Source of the DNA: Paramoeba atlantica
Lineage: Eukaryota; Protista; Discosea
Assembly: GCA_977017575.1 (NCBI GenBank)
Contig: CDRNVI010000054.1
Span: 726,496 to 790,495, forward strand
Reading direction: 5' to 3'
Length of the DNA stretch: 64,000 bases
Below, piece after piece: positions 23,535 to 35,871 of the stretch. The translations under genes and the position numbers were made by a program. The notes below the pieces were generated by a model. That model had not been told where the DNA came from, searched no databases, and saw nothing but the letters and a program-made list of their open reading frames with translations. How positions within the stretch are numbered: the first letter of the stretch is position 1; every line of letters starts with the position of its first letter.

Positions 23535-25425
23535 TTTCGTGTCCTGAAAAGCGCTGCAGTGATTTGCCGAACCAATCGGGCTTCCTAATAGATCAAAATT
23601 ACCATTAATGTTTATCTTGTCTGGGGGAATGTCTGCGAAAAGAGCAGCGTTGTGCGCTGAGGCGGGGTGGAGGGCTACCTCACATTTTTGTTTGGTAAGG
23701 AGAAGACCAAGTTGTGTCCCCTCGCTAGAGGGGACTGCCAAGGGCCTTCCGGACTGATGCCTGGCTACCCGCTAAGTCCCCGTCATCAAGGTACCAGAAC
23801 TGAAAGAAAGTGTCCTCTGGGAGTTCTGAAACGATTTTTTCCGTAATTAAGTGAAGAACGAGAGAGAAGAGCAGATGTCCGAGCGGGCCCCCTTGCTGTA
23901 CGCCTTCTGCTGAGAGAACGGTGTGTGGGCCGTAGGTGAGTGAGCTGTCTGTCTCATAACACCACGAAATCCAGTCCGATAATTCTGGGAAATTTTCGCG
24001 TGCCAGGGAAATGAGAACGGATCGAGAAACGTTGTTAAACGCGTTGGCCAGATCGACTTTACAGAAGACGAAGTCTGGGTCGTCAATGTGGGCGGAGAAC
24101 GTCTTTCAGCAACGGTGTATCATCCGTTCCGACCCTGCAGGAACCGCGAAGCCGTATTGTGTTCCGCAAAAGATGGCTTGCGCTCGCAGTTTGAGTGCTG
24201 CACATGCTCCTTTGCTCGCTAGGCGACGAAGAGTTTCACCGACAGCAATCGGGCGGACGTCTTGCTCTCCTTTCTGCAAGGCGCAGAGGCGGGCGCCTGC
24301 GAAATGGTTTTGGGATTCGAGCGGAGCTTTCCCCGCCAAGAGATGGTTGACTAACTTTGCGAGGGCCGTGAGTGGGTTGACATTCGAGTCGACGTTCGCG
24401 TAGAATGCCTCCTGTATGTGTTCTGGGCACAACCCCATCGTGCCTCCCGAGGAGCCTCTGTGGAAGCTTTTGACTGCGGCAGAAGTTTCTTGTTCCGTGA
24501 GCTGCAATGGCGGGCACTTTGTTGGGGGTGGTTCGGTGGCGAGGAATTCTGTCAAAAAGGCGGGGCAGGGCAGTCGACAAGGGTGTTTATTTCGAAGTTT
24601 TGAGAGGGTTTCTGGGCTTTCGGGCGCCATCGGAGAGGCCGTAAGGGCTGCCATACCCCGAGAAAATTCGCCTTGTCGTGCGAGGGGCTCTGTACGAATG
24701 GCTGCTCGCTTCTCGTCGTTGTGAGAGGTTTTCGGAGAACTATGTTGCTTGTTATTGAAGGAGGAAATTGCATCATACCATAGGGAAGCGTACTCGCGCG
24801 CTTGCCAACGCTCTAGGCACTTGAGAACGTGGTTGGCGTACGAAGTGTGCCCTTTGCGGCCCCCACGATAAGGGGCATGGAGGACGAACTTCGGGAGCAT
24901 CGCTAGGAGGGTCCAAGCGCAAGTAGTGTTTTCCTTCCCCGCCGCAGCCATCGCCTCGGAGAGAGCCGACGCCCAAAGTTGACGGCATCGGTATTGGATT
25001 TGTTTGCATGTCGAAATTGGGATGGCACATACGATAGGTAAGGGCGGCAGAGGTGGGTCGTTGTTTCACACTACCCCCGAGAGATTAAGGGGTAGAACTG
25101 GAGTTGAGCTGGGCGACTGGGAGGGGTCAGTGGGGTGAGGGGAGGCGTGATTTCGGAATTTACACTCTCAAGGTGTGAGGTCTGCTTTGAAATATCGTAA
25201 TTTTTTCTACATGGCCTGCAGAGGAAGCGACCTTGTTCACCCCACCACTGTGCGGAAACCGCGTCACCGTGTCGTGATTATAGAAGGCCTGCCAATGCCC
25301 TCCATGGGACGTTGTACTCCAAGTGCATCCTTCCGCTGGACAAACACGAGATTCTGTGGGCATGAAGAGGGGAAGTGTGATTTCGGAGAGATTATTGGAA
25401 TGGAGAAGACGCGATCGTCGTGCAG

Positions 25426-25801
25426 GGTGGAGGTGGCGGAGTGGCAAGAACTCAAAGTTTGAAGCACATGGTGCTCAAACGGCGAGTTCAAACCCGCTCA
25501 TCGCAATATTCCTGGCGGCCTCACTCTAAGAGGCTGGGCTGATACCCGACTAGGCCCAGTACTCGGATGACCGTCCCCTCAGGGAACCAGCTCCCTTACC
25601 CGGCTTACACCTCTTGGGTAAGCCGTGTTGACGTGCTGTTCGTTGACGCAGCGTGTTGGAAACAGCACGTTGGTGTCGCCTTGGACAAGCGGAAACTGGT
25701 AGAGGACGTCGGCCTCGGAACTTCCAAATCTGTCTGTGAAGGGTCTGGCTCGCCAGTGACCATCCGGAGCAATCCGGAATGATTTGGATTTTTTTGGATT
25801 G
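25426..25801 (+). mobile_element. tRNA-derived SINE (copy 5)
   Basis: Same as copy 2. Confidence 0.85.
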
Positions 25802-27951
25802 GATCGTTGTGCAGAGTGCGGGGTATCGGGTCCCGGATTCTGTTCCACTCCGCCTCGCACAAGTTCGTTTTTTACGCTCGCTTGGGTCCACCCGGTGCTG
25901 GCCTCTAGCTCTATGGCAGGCGAGGTGAGGTTTTGCAATACGCGGGGGGGGCCTCGGTTCCACTCCAATCCCCCTCGTAAAAGACCGATATCTACCTGGG
26001 TCTTGCTCCACCCTGAGTTCGCTATAAACTTCTCGCTGGGCGTGAAACAACAGAGCGGTCCTGAGGGGGAGGGCACTTCGCACCACGCAGGGGCGAATTC
26101 TGGGTCGATACCTAAATGTGAACATATAGCAACCGATAATTTGTTAGTAGACACGCTGGAGGGGACAGTGATCTGCGTCTCACCTGTCGGGTATCCGTAA
26201 ATGAGGACTCTGTTTTTTGACGGCTTTGCGGCGTTATAAGGTACCCGAAGAGCAGTGCCTAAAGTAACTAGGGGCGATATGTTGCTGAGCTTCTCGGTTA
26301 GATCCATAGTGGCCCCGGTTGCTGAAGCAACGAGTGTCACGAGCTCACTGCGGAGCCCCAAACAGAGCGCGATCTTGTCTCTAACTGAATCCAGATGGGC
26401 GTGAGACGGAACAACTGGGAAGGTGAGATTTTCCCAAGGCGATGGGCAAAGAAGGAGACGAATTGTAACGTCGACGGTGCTGTCTTCATCTAGATCTTCA
26501 TCCCAGCCCGGGCTGATCCAGTCCTCCAATTCAGTTTCCTTCATGTTTCTCTCGGCCTTTTGCATAAAAGGCGAGTTAGCAGACGGCGTTCTTGAGAGGG
26601 CTTGAAGTTCCCGGTGGAAGGTCTCTTACTTTCTCTACAATCTCGGAGCTTTCCTCTAACAGGATACTTCTTTTGGCGTCCATAGCTTTGCGAAACGCAA
26701 CCTTGATGTCGTGTTCAAGGCGTACTTTCTTGTGCTCACTCAGTTGGTCGGCATCCATCAGTTGCTTTGAACAGGTGTTGCAAACGTGTCCCTTCTTCTC
26801 TGTAATGGAGAGCTTTCGGGCAAGAGCGAGATGCCACTCGCGTCTTGCGTTAAGGTTTTCGAGAAAGAGATTGTGTCTGGAGACGAGCTCCTGGGCGACT
26901 AATTGAACGAATGAGAGATCTTTTTCTGTTGAACGGATCTCGTACTCTATGTCCGCTATGAAACCGTTTTCAGGCTTCTCTTTAGAGTGGAATGTGATTC
27001 TTTATTTAGCTTCTCAAACAGGGAAAAGCGTTCCTCCAATGAAAGAATGTGTTTCGTCTTCCCCGTAGTGGTTTCGCTTTCGTTAGAGGAGAAGGGGAAG
27101 TTACTGCGCGTTACTCCCTTTAGTGCTTGGACGAATGTTTTCTTCGGCCGTTCGGTGTGTGAAGCGAAGTAAGTTGCAGTTCTGGCAGGAGGGCGTGAGG
27201 GGAGCTCTGAAGTTCCCATAAATCGGGGAGGCTTCGAGGACGGAGTTCCGGTGTGATCTCGTGGGGCATGAGGGGATTCGAAGTCGCACGCATCACAGCG
27301 ATTGAAATAGGGACGTTTAGGGCTGAAAGGGGATGAACACACTTCGCAGGGTTTGGTGAGACCCTGGGAAGTGTTTGAACAAGACAGTGCGAAGGACTCA
27401 CACCACCGAAAGTAAGGCCTAGCGGGAAAGAACGGGGAGGAGCAAGCATCACATGATTTTTGGTGAGTGCTGTGTGGGCTTGGAGGGTTCGTCGCCGCGC
27501 GTGGCTGGACGGAAGGGTACGAGCGAATGGTGGGATGTAATGGGGGTTGTGAGAAATTGGGCGAGCATTTCGCGCAAAATCGGTGGGCGCGGTTATGTGG
27601 GACAAAACGTGTGCCACAGTGGCAAAACCAGAACTTCCCACCTGATCGAGGGTCATTCATCGAGGGTCATTCATATGTAAAGTCAATAGGAAGGGAAAGA
27701 GAAATAATTCAACAAGGCACAGAAACTGCATCTTTATCGTTGTTTTTTTTTTTGCAATAAATGGGGGGGGAGAAGTATAAAACGCGGAATTGCCTCTATA
27801 TTTTTACCAAGAGACGAACCAAGTAGGTCCATTGGGGGGGGTATATGATTGAACAAGCAATCAAATTGGCAATTTCACATGTTGTAGCCCAAAACTATTA
27901 ATTCAACCTGCCTTAAGTTATTTATGATTTTGATAACAATAATAATAAAAA

Positions 27952-29230
27952 GAAGCAATTCATTCCCAATCCATTCGCTCGTTCCGGACCGGGTCTTTCG
28001 ACCACTCCTCGGCCTGACTTGTGAACCCTTCCCTTGTTATATGGGAAGGTTTTTTTATTTTAACTTCACAGCTTTAGCAACAACAACAACAACTTACTTC
28101 CACACTTTACGCGCCCTTTCATGCGCAACGAAAGACGCAGGTTTTCTGCGGGCATCCGGAGTACCAACATGTGCGCTTGGGCTCGCATAAGGGTCACGTT
28201 CACTTCCGTGAGGAGGCGTTGGAAGGCCTTTCCACGCGAAAGTGTGCCCTTCGAGGCAGCTGAGCGGCGCTCGGCAACTTCTCGGAGAATTCCCCGCGCG
28301 CTCTCCGACCAGGGCCCGAAGGATTCCACCGCCATCCCGGTGAATCAATACCCTTGGGGTTCGGCCTCGAGGCGCTCCGAACGTTTGTGTTCCGTATCGT
28401 ACCGTTCGACAAAGGATCCTGCGTTTCCCACACGTTAGCGCCTCGGACTGAGTCCGTATATGTATGTGGGTTGCTGAACGTGAGTTACGCAGAAGTCCAA
28501 TACCAAACCGGTAGCTAGGCCAAAGTTTGGGAGGAAGACATGGCCCGGTCTGGTGGGGCCGCCGCCCGGGCCGTGGTTGCCTAGACCGACCTCTCGTTGC
28601 GGGGCGAGGTGTGCCTTGGCGCACACATCGCAGAAGTGCTCGACCAGGGCGTTGTGCCGGGAGATGAGGCCGTAGACGCTTTTTCATGCTAGGGCATTCT
28701 GGCCATCAGATCCTAGCGGTTGTTTACACTGGTCTCTAGGGCAAGGGCGGGGGGTGTCTTAGACGTCTGCCCCGAGCCACCAGCGTGCCAGGGTGCGGAA
28801 CTCCGTAGGGGTAAGGGCGTACCCCAGCTCTCTGGATGGGAGGACAAAGGACCAGCTTCCGACCCCTTCCCCGCTTTGAGAGAGCCATCTCGCTCTCTTT
28901 TCTTTTTGGCTCGTGTATCACATGTAGTCGGATCTTTTGCTTTCGGACAAGAACCTGGTATCTCTCTCTTCCCCAAAATTCTCTTTCAGCAAGTCCCTCT
29001 GACCCTCTCCTTGTTCCTCCATCAATATACCGCAGAAAATACTTGTCGGTGCAAGACGAGTTGTGCGTGTGTCGTTCTTCGTCTTCCGTATCAAAACTTG
29101 CGAAGTCATAATATTGCCGAGGAGACCATACGGAAAATAAAGCGAGTCGGAGAAAAAGATTATCAATCAAGAATGAATCGTGGAGGTCGCGACCGGAAGC
29201 GTGAGCGAGCCTTCAATAGCTCGCGACAAG
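27952..29230 (-). mobile_element. Element B, parental 5'-truncated copy
   Basis: Matches the B fragments up to 28972, then continues in non-A sequence (QRDLLKENFGEERDTR). The 5' boundary is uncertain. Confidence 0.75.
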
Positions 29231-29240
29231 ATGTTATGGC

Positions 29241-29290
29241 AAAATCCAAATCCAAATCATTCCGGATTGCTCCGGATGGTCACTGGCACA
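29241..29290 (-). mobile_element. Isolated SINE-type 3' tail
   Basis: AAAATCCAAATCCAAATCATTCCGGATTGCTCCGGATGGTCACTGGC is the reverse complement of the SINE 3' end. Confidence 0.7.
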
Positions 29291-29384
29291 AACCTGGAAA
29301 CTTGTCTAGTGGCAGGACGTGCTTTTCGGAGGCTGACGAACCAAACTCCTGGTTCGATACCCGCCCCGTCAATTTTAAGGCGGA

Positions 29385-29505
29385 CGTGGCGGAGTGGCAA
29401 AAATTCAAAGTTTGAAGCACATGGTGCTTCAAGCTTAAAGACGGCGAGTTCAAACCCGCTCATCGTAATATTCCCGGCGGCCTCACTCTAAGAGGTTGGG
29501 CTGAT
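29385..29505 (+). mobile_element. SINE 5' (tRNA head) fragment
   Basis: GTGGCGGAGTGGCAA...GAGTTCAAACCCGCTCATCG...TGGGCTGAT. Confidence 0.8.
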
Positions 29506-29899
29506 AAAAAAAAAAAATCCAAAAATCCAAATCATTCCGGATTGCTCCGGATGGTCGCTGGCAAGCCAGACCCTTCACAGACAGATTTGGAAGTTCCGAG
29601 GCCGACGTCCTCTACCAGTTTCCGCTTGTCCAAGGCGGCACCAACGTGCTGTTGCCAACACGCTGCGTCGACGAACTGTACGTCAACACGGCTCACCCAA
29701 GAGGTGTAAGCCGGGGTAAGGGAGCTGGTTCCCTGAGGGGAGGGTCCGGGACGGTCCTCCGAGTACTGGGCCTAGTCGGGTATCAGCCCAGCCTCTTAGA
29801 GTGAGGCCGCCGGGAATATTGCGATGAGCGGGTTTGAACTCGCCATCTGAGCACCATGTGCTTCAAACTTTGAATTCTTGCCACTCCGCCACCTCCACC
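29506..29899 (-). mobile_element. Full-length SINE copy
   Basis: Reverse complement of the nested SINE with several substitutions, an extra ~10-nt segment and an A12 tract at the tail. Confidence 0.85.
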
Positions 29900-29954
29900 T
29901 ACACTCCGCCACCTCCACCTCCTCTGGGCTGATAACCGACTAGGCGAAGTACTC

Positions 29955-30240
29955 TACCAGTTTCCGCTTGTCCAAGGCGGCAAAAACGTGCTGTTGCCAA
30001 CACGCTGCGTCAACGAACTGTACGTCAACACGGCTTACCCAAGAGGTGTAAGCCGGGTAAGGGAGCTGGTTCCCTGAGGTGAGGGTCCGGGGCGGTCCTC
30101 CGAGTACTGGGCCTAGTCGGTTCTCAGCCCAGCCTTTTAGAGTGAGGCCGCCAGGAATATTGCGATGAGCGGGTTTGAACTCGCCGTCTGAGCACCATGT
30201 GCTTCAAACTTTGAATTCTCGCCACTCCGCCACTTCCTCC
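29955..30240 (-). mobile_element. 3'-truncated SINE copy
   Basis: Repeats 29610-29890 with substitutions. Confidence 0.82.
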
Positions 30241-31260
30241 TAGGTGGCAGCCTCCCCGAGGTTACGCAAGATGTCCTCTACAACCTTTCTCCCGATACCA
30301 CGGTTCCTGCAAATCTGTCCAGTGTATAAATGGTTGGCAATATCCGCCCAGACCAAGAGAAGCATGCTCGGAGTCAGCAAAGTGCGCGTTGAAATATATG
30401 GAAGAAATCTACTAACGTGCGCTCGGCAAGAATTCCGATCACCAGGTTCACGGTGCACACAAAGCCGCATCCAATCATTACCCGGGATGTCAAAAATGAA
30501 CTGGTTCACATGATCGGGGCATTCGGGGAGGGCAAACAGACCATGACACTTCATCCACTTCTCCGCATCATTCCCCTGAGGAATAGCGGCAACGCTTCGC
30601 CATAACCTCACGCAGGCGTATCCCGGACACCCCCTACAAACCGGCCGAACCTCAAAATACACGTACGGCGCGGTGTACCATTAGTTTCAACAAGGTCTGG
30701 CTGAGTCCCATCACGTTGATCATCACCCTGCCGGTCATCATTCCCCCGTTGCGCAATGTATTCGAAGGCCGCTAGAAACCGCGCAAACAACCTCTCTGCA
30801 CCCTGAGAAAACAAATCCGCGTCCCCAAGATCCATAAAAGGTGAGCGTAGAAAAAAAGCCTTACGGAAGCAAAATAATTCATACTAATTATTGCCTCTGG
30901 TCAACCCTACGGAAGTGGCAGACACAGGTTCTCAGTGCGCGACTCGCGCGCTGGAGCGCGCTGGTCGCCAAAAAATATAATTATGTCCCAGTGCTACGCT
31001 CACAGTTGGGCCTTGCCTCTGGACAATCCTGCGGGATTCGCAGACACAGGTTCTCAGTGCGCGACCCGCGCGCTGGAGCGGTGAAGAAGCCCGATTTTTA
31101 GGCCAATAATCCGAACTTTTAACCCAAAATTCGGCCGCTTTTTAAGCCTTAACAGTAGCGGTAGGAGGCGATACCAGTAGCTGAGGTCCCAAACTCAGCT
31201 CTTTTTTTTATTCTTTTTTTTTGAGGCCCCAAACTCTAGATACGTTTTGGGAGTCGATTT

Positions 31261-31433
31261 GAAAAAAAAATCCTATTTTTTGGTCACAAAACGTTTTTAT
31301 TGGTCATCCCAAAATTTTTGAAAATTTTGACCTTGTCGGACCTCTCCTGCGCGTGCCAGGTGGGGTCATCCCCAAATAAGCGGGTGGAAAACCATCGCCG
31401 TGGCATACTCTACCACTTCCCTGCGCTCGATTT
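31261..31433. repeat. Dispersed repeat, reverse-complement homolog of ~53803-53950 (partly 61965-61993)
   Basis: GCATACTCTACCACTTCCCTGCGCTCGATT versus GAATCGAGCGCAGGGAAGTTGTAGAGTATGC, with flanking similarity. Confidence 0.65.
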
Positions 31434-31587
31434 TGAAAATCAAAATTTTGAATATTTTAAAACAAAACGACGTATGCCCCCCCATCCATTCTCCCTAGAC
31501 CCCGCCACCCATGGACCTCCCATTTTTTTGATTTCTTTTCAGTTTTGGACCACCGGAGCCCCCTTTTACATATATGTTTTTCTTCCA

Positions 31588-31695
31588 TTAGGCTCTTCGT
31601 TAAACGCGGTGGTTGCTTTCAACTTAGAAGTCACTCATGCTGCGCGCTTCGCGTTGAAAACTACCGCCGCGTTTAACGAAGAGCCTAAAAAAGAA
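31588..31695. mobile_element. ~110-bp palindromic MITE-like element
   Basis: TIR TTAGGCTCTTCGTTAAACGCGG / CCGCGTTTAACGAAGAGCCTAA. Further copies at 53046 and 63149. Confidence 0.75.
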
Positions 31696-32632
31696 AATTT
31701 AGCCTGGAAAACGGAAAGATTATAGCCAAAAATAGCCGAATTTCGGGTACAAATGGGGTCATTTTCGCATATTTTTCCTCTCAGAGCACTAAATCCGACA
31801 TTTGCGCGTGGGAAATCACTCGCAGGCATGAATGAAAGCCTACCGAACGTATTGGGTAGAGAATGCGACTCCAACCATACCATTCTTTCGACACAAAAAT
31901 GCCCCTTTAGGTCCGAAAAATACTTTTTCACCTTTTTTAATCAAAAATGGGTCATTTTGAGGGGCGCACCACAGTTCGAAGAAGTGATACCTTGCGAAAA
32001 CAACTGCGTAGAAAGCTAGTGTAGGTCCCAAACTATCAAAATACAATAGGGCAAAGGATTTTGAAAGAATATTTTTTCTGCCATTTTTTTCACCAAGTTC
32101 AATTTTTTTTCAGTTTTTTTCCGAAAAAATCCGAACTTGGCGGACCCGTCCTGCGGATACGCGGGGGGGGTCACCCCCGGGTAGGGGGGTGGAAAATGCG
32201 CGCCAAGACCCCGGCTACCCTTTCTGCGGTTTTTTTTCGAAAACTAATTTTTTCGAAGAAATTTGCTCGACCATGCCCCCCCCCCGTGGACCCCCCCCCT
32301 GGACCCCCCCCCCTGGACCCCCCCCATGGACCCCCCCCATGGACCCCCCATTTTTTTCAATTTTTTTTTCAGTTTTGGACCACCGGAGCCCCCTTTTATA
32401 TTTTTTTCTTCTATTATATTACTGTGTTCCCCTTTATATTTTCACTGTTTTTGTTCACTTTTTTTGCAATAATCGAGTGTAGAGCGGTAGTTTCACAACC
32501 ACCGCAAGTATAATTTTATTGAGGGAGATACTACTCCCTCGCTACCGTAGGTTAATTCGTCGTGCCCGATTTGTGGCCCGATTTCGTGCCCGATATCGTT
32601 TCAGGTGAGTTTTCGAAAAAAATGTTTACAAA

Positions 32633-33154
32633 GACGTATGAATCGAATTTAGTGACAAGATGACTAGTTTGTCAACAATTCCGATGGGTACCCCCTGCCC
32701 CCACCTCCCCACCAGGGTGATCATAGCAAATTTTGAAATTTTGAAAAAAAAACTAAAAATTTATGGGTGAAAGTGAAAAAATATATTTTTCCCAAATCAA
32801 CTCCTAGACCGTTTTTTGAGAGTTTGGAGCCTTCTATACCTGTATACTCTTTGATTTCATTCGATATTTCTCCACCCTGTGCCGATAATATACCTACATA
32901 GTCCAAAATTTATCCGGAAGTGTGTGACACGCAAGGCCGATGAGGAAGGAGGAGGCGCAAGGAAAAAAGGCAGACGTATGAATCGAATTGAGTGACAAGA
33001 TGACTAGTTTTTCAACAATTCCGATGGGTATCCCCTGCCCCCCCTCCCCACCAGGGTGATCATAGCAATTTTTGAAATTTTGAAAAAACTGAAAAATTAT
33101 GGGTGAAAGTGAAAAAATATATTTTTCCCAAATCAACTCCTAGACCGTTTTTTG
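32633..33154. repeat. ~185-bp direct duplication (32633-32819 and 32974-33154)
   Basis: GACGTATGAATCGAATT...CCTAGACCGTTTTTTGA occurs twice. Confidence 0.85.
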
Positions 33155-33173
33155 ATTACACTGGAAATATTAA

Positions 33174-33258
33174 GAGCTTTCGAATGGGCTATTGCTTTCC
33201 AAAATTGGTCAAGTTTTACGAATTTTAGATCCCCCCACTCTGAAGGCGCCCACCCCTG
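33174..33258. mobile_element. Solo right TIR of the CAGGGG-terminated Tc1-like family
   Basis: GAGCTTTCGAATG...TTCCAAAATTGG...TTTTAGATCCCCCC...CACCCCTG followed by TA. Confidence 0.6.
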
Positions 33259-34819
33259 TATGCTTTACGAAGATTTGAACCTATTAGCGTGTATGTTATG
33301 ATGCGAACTTTAAGGCTAACTCAGAAGGAAATGACAGAAGAAAATAGAAAAAGCTCCGTCATCTGTTTTGTGCCTTGCTTCTCCTCCTTCCTCTAAGGTC
33401 TCGCGAATAACAAATGTCGCAGATCCAATGTCGTAACTGGGAACGTCGGGTTCACAAATTGCTTCCCACGAATGACACGAGGGTACGGCTCAGGCTCTTT
33501 CTGCTTTTCGCCTTGTTCCCCCCTTCCTCTGTGATCTTCTGAAGTCCGTTGTGGTACTATAAAAGTTGTGGTAATATAAAAATTCCATCCTTGTGAGGTA
33601 ATAAAATAAATCATGAGTGTGATAAAATGTTTGTAGATTGTTGCATTGTCATTTCAATCAAATCAAGATTGTTGTAGGCGATAACATGCGCACAAATGAG
33701 AGGATAGATATTCTTCCAGAGAAAAAGAATCTTACGAGTATATTAAACCCTGTTCCGGGTTATTGTGCCTAGAGCTACTTATTGTGCAGGGCGGGCACAA
33801 TAAGTGGAAACGACCGCTATTATTGTGCCCCCCTCCAAAATATGGCGCCGCCAGGCGGCGCCGTAATTTTTTGGTTGTTTTTTGTTCCCTTTTTCTCGAA
33901 AATAACGTAGTTTGTTCAACAACGCATCCCTTAAATAGAACTTTCTCTGCACATGAACGTGTTTGTCCATAAGAAAGGCGCCGCGAAGCGGCGCCAAATT
34001 GTTTTTACCCCTTTTTTGGTTTTCCAATATTTGGTTATTGTGCCTAGAGCCAGTTATTGTGCAAGGGGGGGGGGGCACAATAACCCGGAAGGGGGTTTAA
34101 AACAAAATAGTAAAAAATGATAAAATGAACAATTGGTACATTGGCCGAGAAAGAAACGTTCCAGTACAGTATATTCAAATTTTTGGTTTGAATTACGGTT
34201 TTCGAAAACACCTGTAAAACCGTTCAGTAACAAATCATGGAGGGTGTCACATAGACAAAGAATAAACAACTTTAATGAGTGCGGAAGATTCTACAAAATG
34301 AATTGCTGCACAAATTGCGTTGATGGTAGTAGAAGGGCGAATAATAATTCGACCTCCCTATACCGTGCGCGTAAAAGTTATGTATAATTTTGTATAATTA
34401 TGTATAATAATTGCAGTAAAAATTAGTGCAGTAAAAATTAGTGCAGTAATTAGTTTTTAAAAACGCTCTGCATTAATTAATATTATTCTAGAAAAGTGAT
34501 TTTCCACGTGTATTCTACACTACCTATGTCTCCAGCGCAGTCGAAACTTGCAAGACGCACTTTTTGCGTCTCAAGAACGGTTGTCGATCTTGTGGAAGGT
34601 CATGAAGATACGCAGTCTTCTCGCAAATTAAGACACACGTGGAGTTCAGAGGAAATTAGTGAATTCCAATCTCTCTGCAAAACTCGGTCAACTGTATCGA
34701 GCATGCATTTGTGGAATCAAACGCATGATAACCTCTCTATACATAAAGGACCAACGAGAAATTAACGACGCTGATTTCAAGTATTCATTCAGTTTGTCAG
34801 AAAATATAACTAGAACTTG

Positions 34820-35750
34820 TCATCCATTTTGGGAAACTAATCTCCCGAAATACACGCCTGGAGGATGGTTGCTTTTATATCGATCCTTCGGCCCCCAATC
34901 CGTGATTTGATTTCCCTCTAAATTAATGATAATGTTTCCACAAGATCTTCGCAAAATTCCGTGTTGATGGATGGGACTAAAATCAACGTAACCTGAAAGC
35001 CTGTTGTTTCTTAGACGAAGATAGTGCAAACCTGGAGGTAAATTCTCTGGAAATATCAAAGGACCTTCAAACCTATTAAAACCAAGATCCAGGGGAACGA
35101 TATTCCGAGGCAAACCGTTTAGATCGAGGAGACCGGTAAAACGGTTAGATGCGAGGTCTAGTCGTCGTAGATTTAAAGGCAGCGCGTTTAGTAATATAGG
35201 TCCTGTAAGGCGGTTTCGGCTCAATCGCAATTCTCGTAAGCTCATGTGGAGAATCGACAGATCGAGATTTCCGGAGAATCGGCCTCCCTCAAGTGCGAGA
35301 TTCATCATTGTCATCGAAAGGTCAGAAATCGCTAAGGGACCGGACATTGCAGTATTAATTAAGAAAAATTGATGCGTTCGCACAGGTAAGAAGGAAAGAT
35401 TCATTTCACCCATCAGATCGGGATAATATGAAAGCTCCAATCTGAGCACTGTTGGCGGAAGAGCGCTCCAACTCAGATTTCCGGCTAAATTGAGATGCGA
35501 GAATTTCCCGATGATACTAATCACATTTTGATTGCCATCACAGTTGACACCTTTCCATGTACAAGGAGACACTTTCTTAACACCCGAACAATCTTCTTTT
35601 TTCTGTAATCCACGTACGATCTCGAACCGTTGCTCCCATTAGAAATTCTTCAAGCACATTTTCGTGATGTATTAACTCACGCCGTACTTTTCCACATCGC
35701 AGGTCTGACCCATCGTCAATCGCATTCAGAGATATCATCACGACTGGAAA
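34820..35750 (-). pseudogene. Short LRR protein with CxWxGVxC cap; N-terminus in a different frame
   Basis: SPCTWKGVNC plus LxLxxNxFxG repeats. The family N-terminal motif GKVRRELIHHENVL lies in ORF 35577-35774. Confidence 0.8.
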
Positions 35751-35871
35751 GTGCATGATAAATTGGAAATACATACAGGCCTTGTAATTTTTTGTGAAAT
35801 AGCGTAAAATAAAGATTTGTGAAATATTAATTCGTGAGCAAATTTCGATATGGCGTTCGGCCTTTTTTTAT

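Larger units (their letters stand above)
1785..28972. repeat. Tandem array of five ~5438-bp chimeric retrotransposon units
   Basis: The ORF track recurs at offsets of 5437/5438. Units start at 1785, 7222, 12660, 18098 and 23536. Copies differ by only scattered SNPs. Confidence 0.97.

Noticed and set aside
1785-28972. Array as a pure assembly artefact
   Set aside because: The units carry distinct, patchwork SNPs and the flanks preserve a coherent parental arrangement. Read-level confirmation is still needed.
418-29491. Many plus-strand and alternate-frame ORFs across the array
   Set aside because: They are shadow frames of GC-rich retroelement coding sequence, with no recognisable motifs.
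29500-30240. CRISPR-like array
   Set aside because: The repeats are long SINE fragments in mixed orientation, without regular repeat-spacer periodicity or cas genes.
34496-34765. Myb/SANT-like ORF (RHTWSSEE)
   Set aside because: It is a single short motif in a small ORF, with too little support.
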